A stretch of 64,000 nucleotides of DNA from a virus. The notes under the pieces were generated by a model that saw nothing but the letters and a program-made list of their open reading frames with translations, made no database searches and was not told the DNA's origin. Of the stretch, positions 50,301 through 59,466 are shown in pieces (the first letter of the stretch is position 1; every line of letters begins with the position of its first letter). The stretch spans positions 1 through 64,000 of the IMG/VR virus record IMGVR_UViG_3300043775_002839, one strand, 5' to 3'. A program made the position numbers and the translations under genes.

Positions 50301-52916
50301 TCAAACACAGTTGGAAGTGTTGTTTGTAATGGTTTAACTACAATATCAAGCGAAGGATTCTTCGGATACTCTGGAACATTTACATCTAATTCAATAACTC
50401 TAAATTCGGGTACTATTCAAAATGATGGCAGTACCGATAATCAAACACTTATATGTACAAACATACTTACTCTTGCAAGTGGTAATATTAATACTTCCAA
50501 TTCTGCATCAGAAATGTATATTGGTTCAATTATTACTTCCGGATCAGGCGTTAAATCTATCTCAACTTTTTCCAATTTATATCTAACAGGAACGGGTACA
50601 CTTTTTACTCCAGGAGCAGCAACTGGGTTGTCTACTGTTATACAAAATATTTATGTAACTAATAATTCAATAACATCAAGAACTTTAACATTCACAGATA
50701 CATTTGGTTCAACTAATGTATATTTACAAGGTACATTATCAGGTGCAATAACATTCGGAGGTGGGACTGCCTTTGTTCCAAATGTGTATGTTCAAAATAC
50801 AGGAGGTGCTGTTATATCTTTCCAAACAGGAACTTTTACTAACTTAACATTTTCAACCGGTACTAATGTTACATGGACCAATACAGCCGCGCAGACAATA
50901 ACAATGCAAGGAAATCTTGTAATGGTTTCTACGATGAACACCTTAACGACAACTCCTACATTATTATTTAATACGGCAGCAAGTATTACATTGGCCGGGG
51001 AAACTCTATACACTGGATCTATAATAGTAGATGGAGTACAGGTAGATATATTAGACAATTTTAATAGTAATATACCCGTAATTGTTCAAAATAGTGGAAA
51101 ACTATATACAAAAGAATTTTTGACTACCGGGCTTCTTTCTATTTTAAGTGACGGTACTATTTATACTACAGGTTCTACTTTTTCTATTGGTAGTTTAACA
51201 TTGATGGATGGCACTGTCAATTTAGGTTCGAATAGTCATGTATGTACCGGAAATGTGGGTGCATCAGGATTTTCTTACATTAATAATGGGCCATTAACTA
51301 TAAATGGGACATTAACTATAAGTGGCGGAGGTCAATTGGATCTCAATAGTAGTGTTAACGTAATAGGCCTAACCACTCTTACTGGCGTATCTACACTTAA
51401 TACATATTCTAATACTACCGTATTTTCAGCAGTGACTATAACAAATGGTTATATCAGCACAGGTAGTAATTCATACGTATGTACCGGTGTAACTACTCTA
51501 ACTGAAGGTGATTTTGGAAATAACACAGGAGACCTTTACACAGGAACTCTTACAACCACTGGAGGTGCTGCACCAAAAAATATATATGCACCAAAATTAT
51601 ATTTAACAGGAACCGGTGCATTATATACACACGGTACTGGTGTAATTTTATCTGCAGGACCCGACGCAATACACATAATAGATAGTACTAGTGCCGTAAA
51701 ATCTCTTTTATGTAATACCCAGTTTCCTTATACTACAAATATTCCAATTTATTTAGGTGGCTCGGGCTCAGGCTCTATATCAATAGCACCAGGGTCAACG
51801 TGTCTTCCAATTATAAATGTAACTAACACTGGAGGCGCTAATATATCGATAACCGGAGCCAGTGCTACTATAACAAGTTTAGTATTTGCAAATACATCTA
51901 ATGCGGTATGGAATAATGGAGCAATGACATTAAACATCCAAAATGACTTAAATTTAGGTACTAATCTTAATATGACAGTCACCGCTACTCCTACTATTGT
52001 ATTTAATGTTGGGAGTAGCAATATATCGTTATATGGAAAAAGTCTAACTGCGCCTATATCAATAACATCCGCGACCACCGCCAATGTAACTAATGATTTT
52101 TCTAGTACTTCATCTGTGACAGTTACAGATGGATCACTTGGTGTAATGTCTGGTAATTTCACCGCGACTACACTTACCTTATCCATTGATGGAACTTTTG
52201 TAATGTCTTCTTCCGGTAATATCAATCTAACATCAATATCCTCTTCCGGGAGCTATACTCAATACACAGGAAATTTAATATGTACTGGAGCAATTACAGT
52301 CCCTGGTATATTTCAAACAGTTACAGGTCCAGTTTCTATTCAATGTACATCATTCATCGGAAGTACAGCAGAATGCATTATTAATTTTTCAGCTAATACT
52401 ATAGTAACTCTAACAGGTACTGGTACGGTATGGTCTGCACCTACTACTGCAAGTTCTATACAAGTTTTAGGTATTATAAAAATAACAAATCCTGCTACTA
52501 CGAATATTACATTCGCAGGAGGCGGTTGGTTTTATTATGAATTAATATTTGATAGAGGAATATCCCCTAATAATAATACTATCACCGGAAGCAATTTTTT
52601 TACAAATTTAAGAGATTTGGGAACAGTCGCTCATTCTTTAATACTAGGAACGGGAACAACTCAGCAAGTTGGACACTTTGATGTAAAAGGAAGCCCGGAC
52701 AATTCAATAGCAATAGCAAGATCCGGTACAACTGGAGTCGCTACACTGCTTAAATTTCCAGAGGGTCTTGTTATTTGCGATTGGATAACCGTAACGAATG
52801 TTACTGCTGAAAACTTTGATACATTCTATTCCGGTCCAAATAGCACTTTAACTAATGCCGCTAACTGGATTGCTGGAGGAAAGGTCCGAAACCAAAGTGC
52901 TCTAGGCGCAGGATAA
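47358..52916 (+). CDS. Giant Thr/Gly/Ser-rich beta-solenoid fibre/adhesin-like protein (1852 aa)
   Basis: N-terminal NWSTTTNW...PTSADDVIFD; five long internal repeats anchored on LYL.G.G.L[YF]T. Confidence 0.6.
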   Translation: MAVKYWYKAANSNDNWSTTTNWWTTSGGPTGGGVNAGLPTSADDVIFDSASTTSATVTIVTTAAVCNSINFTGFTGTLAGSTVGLNVTNTTGRGLSANTPLFAWGSGMTVSFSGTVTFGGTGTGGWIYCNGKTFQGPVIFNNTAATFTFKDIFRTSATATGGLGALVTQTAGAIIATDAAAEFGRFTSTGTSASKTFNCTNLYLKGTGALYTLGTSSTGLTTSITNIYVDNGTTTAKTLLFNTQFGSTNLELGGSGNISIALGTTKQPAVTVTNTGGTDYIFNITATTTIKSLVFTQPITWSNAAITTTISGNLTLVSGVTIGALGTPNLVFSANATITTAGKSLVTGTLTTNTSTTTTIVGVLSSNANITFNSTVNTSDDVSTTGTLTIGGTSNLSGSIISAGVLTISGATASLNTVASSAVTCNGLTTLTGGSTISYAGTFTSGSITITSGSFTGTTGVAGNLVCNGILTITLGSINTGGASLQASSITQTGTGAKSIIAANLYLTGTGTLYTNTTSTGLTTSISNMYVTNAATTAKSLIFDGQFGSTNLELDGSGNITFTPGTAKTPNVTVTNSGGLASNFNIAATGTIGNLIFTTPVTWNNTLSVVLTLTGNTFTLVSGLAFGANGHSSLVFSNNVAITLAGKSLVTGTLTTNANATFDGGITSNAAISLNGTTSIPGNIDTTSLLTIGGACTITGDTVSSSTMAINGATASLSGTVLFNVTGTGALTITQGSINTNGGTLTVSSITSSGVSAKSITAPILYLTGNGTLYTAATGLTTTITDVYAIATTGSNRTLTFDTQFGSTNLELGGAGAGNITFIPGTTFQPNLLVSNTGNAIFNISTAGTIKNLIFSASSNVNWSNSAVIITSIGSLFTMVGGITVTTTPSLVFSNAVNITTAGKNLVTGTLTTNESVNIIGAFNSNAAVTLNGNPLASPTSFNCDSTFQTTGALIASGIAHTCNFSSTLTAASITINSGCTSNTVGSVVCNGLTTISSEGFFGYSGTFTSNSITLNSGTIQNDGSTDNQTLICTNILTLASGNINTSNSASEMYIGSIITSGSGVKSISTFSNLYLTGTGTLFTPGAATGLSTVIQNIYVTNNSITSRTLTFTDTFGSTNVYLQGTLSGAITFGGGTAFVPNVYVQNTGGAVISFQTGTFTNLTFSTGTNVTWTNTAAQTITMQGNLVMVSTMNTLTTTPTLLFNTAASITLAGETLYTGSIIVDGVQVDILDNFNSNIPVIVQNSGKLYTKEFLTTGLLSILSDGTIYTTGSTFSIGSLTLMDGTVNLGSNSHVCTGNVGASGFSYINNGPLTINGTLTISGGGQLDLNSSVNVIGLTTLTGVSTLNTYSNTTVFSAVTITNGYISTGSNSYVCTGVTTLTEGDFGNNTGDLYTGTLTTTGGAAPKNIYAPKLYLTGTGALYTHGTGVILSAGPDAIHIIDSTSAVKSLLCNTQFPYTTNIPIYLGGSGSGSISIAPGSTCLPIINVTNTGGANISITGASATITSLVFANTSNAVWNNGAMTLNIQNDLNLGTNLNMTVTATPTIVFNVGSSNISLYGKSLTAPISITSATTANVTNDFSSTSSVTVTDGSLGVMSGNFTATTLTLSIDGTFVMSSSGNINLTSISSSGSYTQYTGNLICTGAITVPGIFQTVTGPVSIQCTSFIGSTAECIINFSANTIVTLTGTGTVWSAPTTASSIQVLGIIKITNPATTNITFAGGGWFYYELIFDRGISPNNNTITGSNFFTNLRDLGTVAHSLILGTGTTQQVGHFDVKGSPDNSIAIARSGTTGVATLLKFPEGLVICDWITVTNVTAENFDTFYSGPNSTLTNAANWIAGGKVRNQSALGAG

Positions 52917-52976
52917 CTAATAAACAAAAAACATTTTAATAAAGAGATATATAAATAAAATAAAATAATAAACAAT

Positions 52977-53738
52977 ATGACAACTAATATTCTTGCACCA
53001 TTTGTTAAATTAGATGAATCTTTCCAGTTTTATGTAAGCGGAAGACTTTTTGAAATGAATGAAACTGAAATTAAAGAAGTTGAAGGAACCCAAAATTCAA
53101 CCCTAATTAATGCAATTAATGCATTCGAATCTTTTCAATTTACAGAAGATTCTGTAAGATGGTTCCATGGACCAAGCAAATTTATCTACAATTTAGCTGA
53201 AGGAGTTTTTCAACACAACAATTCAGAAATTTTAGGAAATTCATTTTCAAACCACATTATGGCAGCTGGACATATCAGATATGCTGAAAAACCAATTGCT
53301 GAATTATTTGAATCTCTTCCTACACTACTAGAAAATTTTGTAACTCTTGATTTTGCTGCAACATTCGAAGGAAATGAAGTAACTGTAAATCTTTTTAAAT
53401 TAAACGAGGATGTTTACGTTGCACGTTTTAACAAGGCAAATAAAATTGCAAAATTCTTTAAAGCAGCTAACGCTAATGAAGCTGCCGAATATGTTACTAA
53501 AGAGACTGGAGAATCTGCGCTTCTTTTCTTAAAAGAGATGGTTGAAGGACAATCTGCTGAACTTGCAATTAAAGAGGAAAAACTACAAACTTACGAATCG
53601 ATGATTTCTTTCCTAAAAGACCAAAAAGGGCTATTGGCAAATGCTGATAGAAACGATGAGTCTATTAAAGAGGCTGAGTCTTTAATCAATGGAGAAATCC
53701 AGTCATGGGAAGACAAGATTGCTGCACTAGATGCATAA
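52977..53738 (+). CDS. Hypothetical late protein
   Basis: GATATATAAAT promoter at 52946; C-terminal coiled coil. Confidence 0.5.
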   Translation: MTTNILAPFVKLDESFQFYVSGRLFEMNETEIKEVEGTQNSTLINAINAFESFQFTEDSVRWFHGPSKFIYNLAEGVFQHNNSEILGNSFSNHIMAAGHIRYAEKPIAELFESLPTLLENFVTLDFAATFEGNEVTVNLFKLNEDVYVARFNKANKIAKFFKAANANEAAEYVTKETGESALLFLKEMVEGQSAELAIKEEKLQTYESMISFLKDQKGLLANADRNDESIKEAESLINGEIQSWEDKIAALDA

Positions 53739-53763
53739 TCTACATAGTTTTTAAATTAATATT

Positions 53764-53788
53764 AAAGGGAACGTTAATCGTTCCCTTT
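53764..53788 (+). terminator. Hairpin terminator
   Basis: AAAGGGAACG-loop-CGTTCCCTTT. Confidence 0.55.
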
Positions 53789-53855
53789 GGTGTTTAGCCT
53801 GGAATTGAAACAGAATCAACACTTCGTTATATAAATCTAAACTAAAGAAATAAAA

Positions 53856-54227
53856 ATGGCTAAAACTAAAAACTATTTAAACAATAAGGACTTACATGAT
53901 GCAATGAGTGAATCCAAAAATATGGATAAACTGACACCAACTGCAGAAAAAATGTTAATCCTATTAGCAGAACGCGCAATTAACAGAATGTCTTATGTTA
54001 ACAAAGACGACCGGGATGATTGCCTCCAATTTGCAATGTTAGACCTCTTAAAATATTGGAGAGGATTTAACCCAGTCTATCCAAATGCTTTTGCCTATTT
54101 TACAGAAATTGCCAAACGAGGATATGCCAAAGGTTGGAATAAAATTCATCCACAAAAATACAAAGGTACTATCTCTATGAGTAGAACATCAGGAGATGAT
54201 GATAGTGGCGGGATCTATTCTATTTAA
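53856..54227 (+). CDS. gp55: Late-transcription sigma factor (T4 gp55-like)
   Basis: YLNNKDL, RDDC...A...LKY...FNP, NAFAYFT.I. Confidence 0.8.
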   Translation: MAKTKNYLNNKDLHDAMSESKNMDKLTPTAEKMLILLAERAINRMSYVNKDDRDDCLQFAMLDLLKYWRGFNPVYPNAFAYFTEIAKRGYAKGWNKIHPQKYKGTISMSRTSGDDDSGGIYSI

Positions 54228-54715
54228 TGTCAATAAAGAATTTAAAACCAACCAAAAAATCCGGATTTAATCAAGGATATTTTAATCCCAAGAACCCTCA
54301 AAAATATATAGGTTCATCGCCTATTATTTACAGAAGTTCTTGGGAATATAAGTTTATGATTTGGTGTGATATTAATGACAAAGTCCTTTGTTGGTCCAGT
54401 GAACCTGTTGAAATTAAATATTGGTCACGCCAGGGAAACAAGCAGAGAACATATAACCCAGACTTTTACTTTAAAATACTTAAACAGGACGGCTCAACTG
54501 AAGAGTTTCTTGCCGAAATTAAGCCAAAAAATCAAATACAAAAACCAACCCCTCCTGCAAATCCAACCAAAAAAAGCGTTGCATCCTATAAATTTCTTAC
54601 CGAACAGTACATAAAAAATATGGATAAATATAATGCTGCTAAAGAATATGCGGAAAGTCGCTGTTGGCGATTTATTGTTCTAACAGAAGATACAATTAAA
54701 AATGGGTTACATTAA
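54227..54715 (+). CDS. gp4: Head completion nuclease (T4 gp4-like, TnsA fold)
   Basis: G.F.PKNP.KY.G, YRSSWE, WSSE, Y.PDF, EIKP, F..LTE. Confidence 0.88.
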   Translation: MSIKNLKPTKKSGFNQGYFNPKNPQKYIGSSPIIYRSSWEYKFMIWCDINDKVLCWSSEPVEIKYWSRQGNKQRTYNPDFYFKILKQDGSTEEFLAEIKPKNQIQKPTPPANPTKKSVASYKFLTEQYIKNMDKYNAAKEYAESRCWRFIVLTEDTIKNGLH

Positions 54716-55337
54716 ACAAAGAATAGCCGAACTTAGCAAAGAATTTGGAGGTAAAATAAGAGCCTCTCGAGCATGTATGGATTGGTACGAGGCTGGAATT
54801 AAATCTAAAAGCCAAAATGAGGCTAAAATAACCCGAACAAGGTTTCAACCCGGAAAGATTTATGTTTTTAAATACTTTCCAAAATATGCAAAAGAGCTCC
54901 CTTGGTTTGACCAAAATCCAGTAGTGTTAGCAATAGAACAGGTTAATAATAATGACTTTGGAATTAATTTAAACCTGCTGCCAGTTCCTTACAAAGAAAA
55001 GTTATTGGATGAACTATTTACCCGTATGAATATAAAGGTAGATGTACAAGAAACAGACATAATTTCAGAAATTCTAGGAATTGAAACACCAAGTGGAATT
55101 GATGCAATTAAAGAAAAACCTCTCCGAATAACTTATGAAGGAATTAGGGCATACCTTGAAAAGGATGGATATGATTTTGCCCTAAGACAATATATACCTT
55201 CAAGAAAGAAGGACCAAGCAGTTGTTAGTTATTCAAAATGGCCAGAAATAGCACTATGTGATTTTATGGACTTTAATAAAACAAATGTACTGAAGGTCAG
55301 ATTAATGTTTAATGACTATTTAAAAAAGAATATATAA
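54702..55337 (+). CDS. gp2: DNA end protector (T4 gp2-like)
   Basis: PGKIY.F.Y.PK...LP.FD.NP, GINLN.LP, RQY. Confidence 0.75.
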   Translation: MGYIKQRIAELSKEFGGKIRASRACMDWYEAGIKSKSQNEAKITRTRFQPGKIYVFKYFPKYAKELPWFDQNPVVLAIEQVNNNDFGINLNLLPVPYKEKLLDELFTRMNIKVDVQETDIISEILGIETPSGIDAIKEKPLRITYEGIRAYLEKDGYDFALRQYIPSRKKDQAVVSYSKWPEIALCDFMDFNKTNVLKVRLMFNDYLKKNI

Positions 55338-55359
55338 CTTAAATTAATATAATAATATA

Positions 55360-56952
55360 ATGGCAGGATTTGTACAAAGAAATGGTCCATTGACTAAAGC
55401 CCCGTTTAACCTAAGTAATACGCTTAAGAAGTTATCTTCTTTTGGTATGTACTATGATGATTTGGTGCTTAGACAATCTCAAGCAATAGGCCCAGTAGAA
55501 GATGCAATTGGTTACGGCCAAATGAACCCAACAGGTCTGGATAGTGATGATATGTATGGCGCATTTGCAGCCCTTTCGATGGCTGATACTACAATGCGTA
55601 AAAATATTCCATTCTTTGACCAAGCATATCGTGGTAAAAGAGATGAACTGCGGGCTTTTGCGCAGCATGATGAAATTGAAGACATCCTGGATATACTTTG
55701 CGATGAGTCAATTGTATACGATAGCAAAAACTTCATGGCCAATCCCGAGATTATTGGAATGGAAGTTTCTGAAGATGTACAAAAATATCTTAATAAAGCA
55801 TATAGAGACCTGTATCAATACTTTGGATTTAACCTAGACCAATCAGCATGGTACTTCTTTAGAAAATGGTTAATTGATGGTTATCTATCATTTGAGATTA
55901 TTTATAATCCTGAAATGTCAGAAGTTATTGGATTTAAAGAAATTGATCCAATCACATTGGTTCCAGGATATAACCACGAAGATGGTAAAAAAGTTTGGAT
56001 TCAGTTTAAAGACGATCCAGTTAAGCAGAGAAAATTGTATGATTCACAGATTGTGTACATATCATACTCTTCGATTACTACAGCATCAAGGGTTTCTTAC
56101 CTTGAGAGACTTGTAAGAGCATTCAACTTAATGAGAATTATGGAACATACCCGGGTTATTTGGGCTGTGACCAATTCATCTTATAGAATGAAATTTATTA
56201 TACCAGTCGGTGGTAAATCTAAAACAAGAGCAAAACAATCCCTTGCTCAACTGATGAATAACTATAAAGAAGTTGTAGATTTTGATTGGGACAGTGCATC
56301 CCTTACAACTAATGGTAAACCAATGTTACAATTTAATAAAGAATATTGGTTACCTAGCAAGGACGGAGAACAACCAGAGATTGAAACCTTGGGTGGAGAA
56401 GGTCCAGAGCTTAGCGACACTGAATCATTAAAATACTTCTCAGATAAACTTAAATCAGTTTCAAAAATTCCTTACAATAGATTCATGTATGAAGATGGCG
56501 GAGGAGATTTCAATCTAGCTGCAGATGGTATGATTAGAGACGAGATTAAATTTAGTAAATTTATTAATCGTTTACGTAGCTCATTCCAAGAGATATTGAT
56601 TAAACCCCTATGGATTCAAATGTGTCTTAAATTTCCAGAATTTAAAGAGGATGCAGGATTTAGAACCCAAATTGCTCTAAGATTTAACGAGGATAATATG
56701 TTCTCTGAATTAAAGACAATGGAAATCATGCAAAAGAGACTTGATTTTATTACTACAATGAAAGATTCACTGGTTAAAACAGATCCTGTAACTATGGAAG
56801 AAACTCCATATTTTGATATGGACTTCTTAGTTGATAGATACCTTAAACTCTCTCCAGATGATAAAGCAGCTAATGATGCATATAAAGCCAGAACTGCTGC
56901 TGCAAAAGCTGCCGAACCGGAACCTGAAGATCCAATGGCAATGGGAATGTAA
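55360..56952 (+). CDS. gp20: Portal protein (T4 gp20-like)
   Basis: FRKW.IDG, SYL, EYWLP..DG, EIETL.G, RDEIKFSKFI.RLR. Confidence 0.92.
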   Translation: MAGFVQRNGPLTKAPFNLSNTLKKLSSFGMYYDDLVLRQSQAIGPVEDAIGYGQMNPTGLDSDDMYGAFAALSMADTTMRKNIPFFDQAYRGKRDELRAFAQHDEIEDILDILCDESIVYDSKNFMANPEIIGMEVSEDVQKYLNKAYRDLYQYFGFNLDQSAWYFFRKWLIDGYLSFEIIYNPEMSEVIGFKEIDPITLVPGYNHEDGKKVWIQFKDDPVKQRKLYDSQIVYISYSSITTASRVSYLERLVRAFNLMRIMEHTRVIWAVTNSSYRMKFIIPVGGKSKTRAKQSLAQLMNNYKEVVDFDWDSASLTTNGKPMLQFNKEYWLPSKDGEQPEIETLGGEGPELSDTESLKYFSDKLKSVSKIPYNRFMYEDGGGDFNLAADGMIRDEIKFSKFINRLRSSFQEILIKPLWIQMCLKFPEFKEDAGFRTQIALRFNEDNMFSELKTMEIMQKRLDFITTMKDSLVKTDPVTMEETPYFDMDFLVDRYLKLSPDDKAANDAYKARTAAAKAAEPEPEDPMAMGM

Positions 56953-56973
56953 TTAAATAAAAATATAAATAAA

Positions 56974-57324
56974 ATGAAAATAATTAAAACATTTGAGGAA
57001 TTTACAAGCTCACTTCAAGAAGATGCAATCGATGCAGGTGAAGATTCAAAAGTAGTAGTTGACGATGTCACACTTGACTCAGGAAAAGAAATTAAATCCA
57101 CTGAAATCCTAGGGACTATATTATCCTCTAAAAGTGAAAAGGAATTTAAAGAATATTTCTATAAAGAATACGGAAATACAGCGTTTACCGAAGAGGATAT
57201 GTTTACCCTTGTTAAATTTTTTAATGACTACCAAGAGGAAGTTGCTCAAAAAGAGAAGGATGCCGAAAAAGATGCAGAAGGCGGAGAAGGTGGCGAGGAA
57301 AAGGATCCATTGGCAGACATTTAA
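56974..57324 (+). CDS. Small acidic prohead core protein candidate (gp67/68 position)
   Basis: Between portal and protease; starts MKIIKTFEEF; very acidic. Confidence 0.5.
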   Translation: MKIIKTFEEFTSSLQEDAIDAGEDSKVVVDDVTLDSGKEIKSTEILGTILSSKSEKEFKEYFYKEYGNTAFTEEDMFTLVKFFNDYQEEVAQKEKDAEKDAEGGEGGEEKDPLADI

Positions 57325-57384
57325 TTTTTAAAAATCTTCAAAAATTAACTGGATATATAATAGAAATATAATAAAATAATAATT

Positions 57385-59307
57385 ATGACTAAAAACTTAC
57401 TGATCCTAGAAAGATCGTCTACAGAGTTAGAGTTTAAACAAGAAGGTGGGACCTATGTTCTAGAGGGTATCTTTGGAGAAATCGATAAGAAAAATCGTAA
57501 TAACCGAATCTATACTGAATCTGAATACTTACCGCAAATTGAGGCTCTACAGGCAAAAATTAAATCATCTAAGTTATTAGGTGAATTAGATCACCCGCAA
57601 ACATTTGATGTTTCTTTAAAAAATGTATCACATATTATTGAAGAACTTACTTATGACACAGAAACTAAGCAGGTTAAAGGACGTATAAGATTATTAGATA
57701 CTGATGCTGGAAGACAGGCAAAAGCCCTTGTAGATGCTGGTGTTCCATTACAAATTTCAAGTAGAGCAGCTGGTGCAGTTGAATCTAATGGAACTGTAAA
57801 AATTAAACAATTATTTACTTATGATTTAGTGGCAGACCCTGGGTTTGAAAACGCTGAATTGAAAAGAGTTAATGAAGCTTATGGGTTTCTTAATGAAGGA
57901 AATGACCTATTTATTTACGAGATAAATAAAGAAAACGAACAACAACCAATCGAAAATATAAACGAAACAAAAATGGCAGAGTCTAAATTTATTACGGTTG
58001 AGGATTTTAATAAATACTCTAAATATCTTTCTGAAGAAATTAAATCTATTAAAGAAGGTATGAATTCTTTAACAGAATCAGAGTCTACTAGTTCTCAATT
58101 AGGAACCCTTAAAGAATATACTGATTATTTAGCTAAGAAATTAGATGAATCAATCAAATATTCAGAACACATTGCTGAAAAAGCAGACCAAGGTATTCAA
58201 TACTCAGAAACACTTGCAGAGAAATTGGATCAAGGTATTCAATACTCAGAGCATATTGCTGAAAGCGTTGATGCTATCAAAAATTACACTAACTATTTAG
58301 CTGAATCTTACAATGAAGGTTCTACTTCTTACGAGAATTTAATTAAATATACTGAATATTTAAGAGAGAACTTAGAAAAAGTAACTGAGTATGCTGAGTA
58401 CGTTGCAGAAACTGTTAACACTAACCTATTATTAGAAGACGAAGCAGGAATTCCAGCTGAAGACCTTAAAGATGAAACAGAAGATGTTTCTCCTGATGTC
58501 GTAGATGCTGACGGTAATGTAATCACTGGAAAACCAGAAGACGTTGCTAAAGATGTAAAACTTGCTGGTAGTGGAGATGCTGCTGGTGAAGAAATTAAAG
58601 AAGCAAACGACGGAACTGCAGCAGGTTTACCAGCTGAAGATATCAAAAAAGCTACTAAAGATGTTACTGTAGATGTAATTGATGCTGACGGTAATGTAAT
58701 TAAATCAAAACCAGAAGATGTAGAAAAGGACTTAGAACTTGCCGGTAAAGGAGACGCTGCTGGAAAACAAGTTGACCAGATGGAAGCTTACAAAAATTCA
58801 ATCACTTCTAAATTAGAAGCCCTAGTTGAAAAAGTAAATGCTAAAAAAGAAGACAATCCAACATTCTTTAAATTTATCTCTGAAGAGAAAGTAACCGAAT
58901 TTAACGCCCTATCTACTGAAGATAAAACTAAAGTTGTAAGTGCAGTCGAAGGTAGAGGTTACCTAACTGAAGGACAAATCTTGGCCCTATGGAATACTTC
59001 ATTAAGTGGAGTTGTAGAAACTAATAATTCACCTACAGTTATTAAATTAATGCCAACTGAATACCATGATACTTGGGCTAAATGTTCTGAAGGTAAGAAA
59101 AACCAAATCATCGCGCAGTCTAAATATCATAAATTAGAAACAGCTTACCAAGTTGCAAACTTTTGGCAAACTAGAGACCTTAGAGAAGTTGCTCCAGTAA
59201 TGGAAAAAATCGCTATGGTAAATGAATCAACAGTTGAAGATGTTCAAACTTTAGGTTATGATGCTACCCAATTAGGTGCTGAAATTGCAAAAAGATTCAA
59301 TAGATAA
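57385..59307 (+). CDS. gp21: Prohead protease (gp21-like) fused to scaffold-like (gp22-like) region
   Basis: NRNNRIY, GELDHP, SHII, SSRAAG, YDLVADPG, then ~450 aa acidic coiled coil with repeats. Confidence 0.85.
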   Translation: MTKNLLILERSSTELEFKQEGGTYVLEGIFGEIDKKNRNNRIYTESEYLPQIEALQAKIKSSKLLGELDHPQTFDVSLKNVSHIIEELTYDTETKQVKGRIRLLDTDAGRQAKALVDAGVPLQISSRAAGAVESNGTVKIKQLFTYDLVADPGFENAELKRVNEAYGFLNEGNDLFIYEINKENEQQPIENINETKMAESKFITVEDFNKYSKYLSEEIKSIKEGMNSLTESESTSSQLGTLKEYTDYLAKKLDESIKYSEHIAEKADQGIQYSETLAEKLDQGIQYSEHIAESVDAIKNYTNYLAESYNEGSTSYENLIKYTEYLRENLEKVTEYAEYVAETVNTNLLLEDEAGIPAEDLKDETEDVSPDVVDADGNVITGKPEDVAKDVKLAGSGDAAGEEIKEANDGTAAGLPAEDIKKATKDVTVDVIDADGNVIKSKPEDVEKDLELAGKGDAAGKQVDQMEAYKNSITSKLEALVEKVNAKKEDNPTFFKFISEEKVTEFNALSTEDKTKVVSAVEGRGYLTEGQILALWNTSLSGVVETNNSPTVIKLMPTEYHDTWAKCSEGKKNQIIAQSKYHKLETAYQVANFWQTRDLREVAPVMEKIAMVNESTVEDVQTLGYDATQLGAEIAKRFNR

Positions 59308-59466
59308 TATTATTTTTTGGTTTTTTTAAAAAAACCAAAAAAACAAAGATATATAATACTTATTAAAACATATTCGATGCTCAGTTAAGAAGCAAAAAAC
59401 TGAAATAATATCGAAAACTCGTAATATACGAAAACATAAAACCATTAAAAAAAAATAAATTTACAA

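Noticed and set aside
47354-52225. Multiple Val/Pro-rich minus-strand ORFs
   Set aside because: Antisense shadows of the Thr/Gly-rich fibre gene
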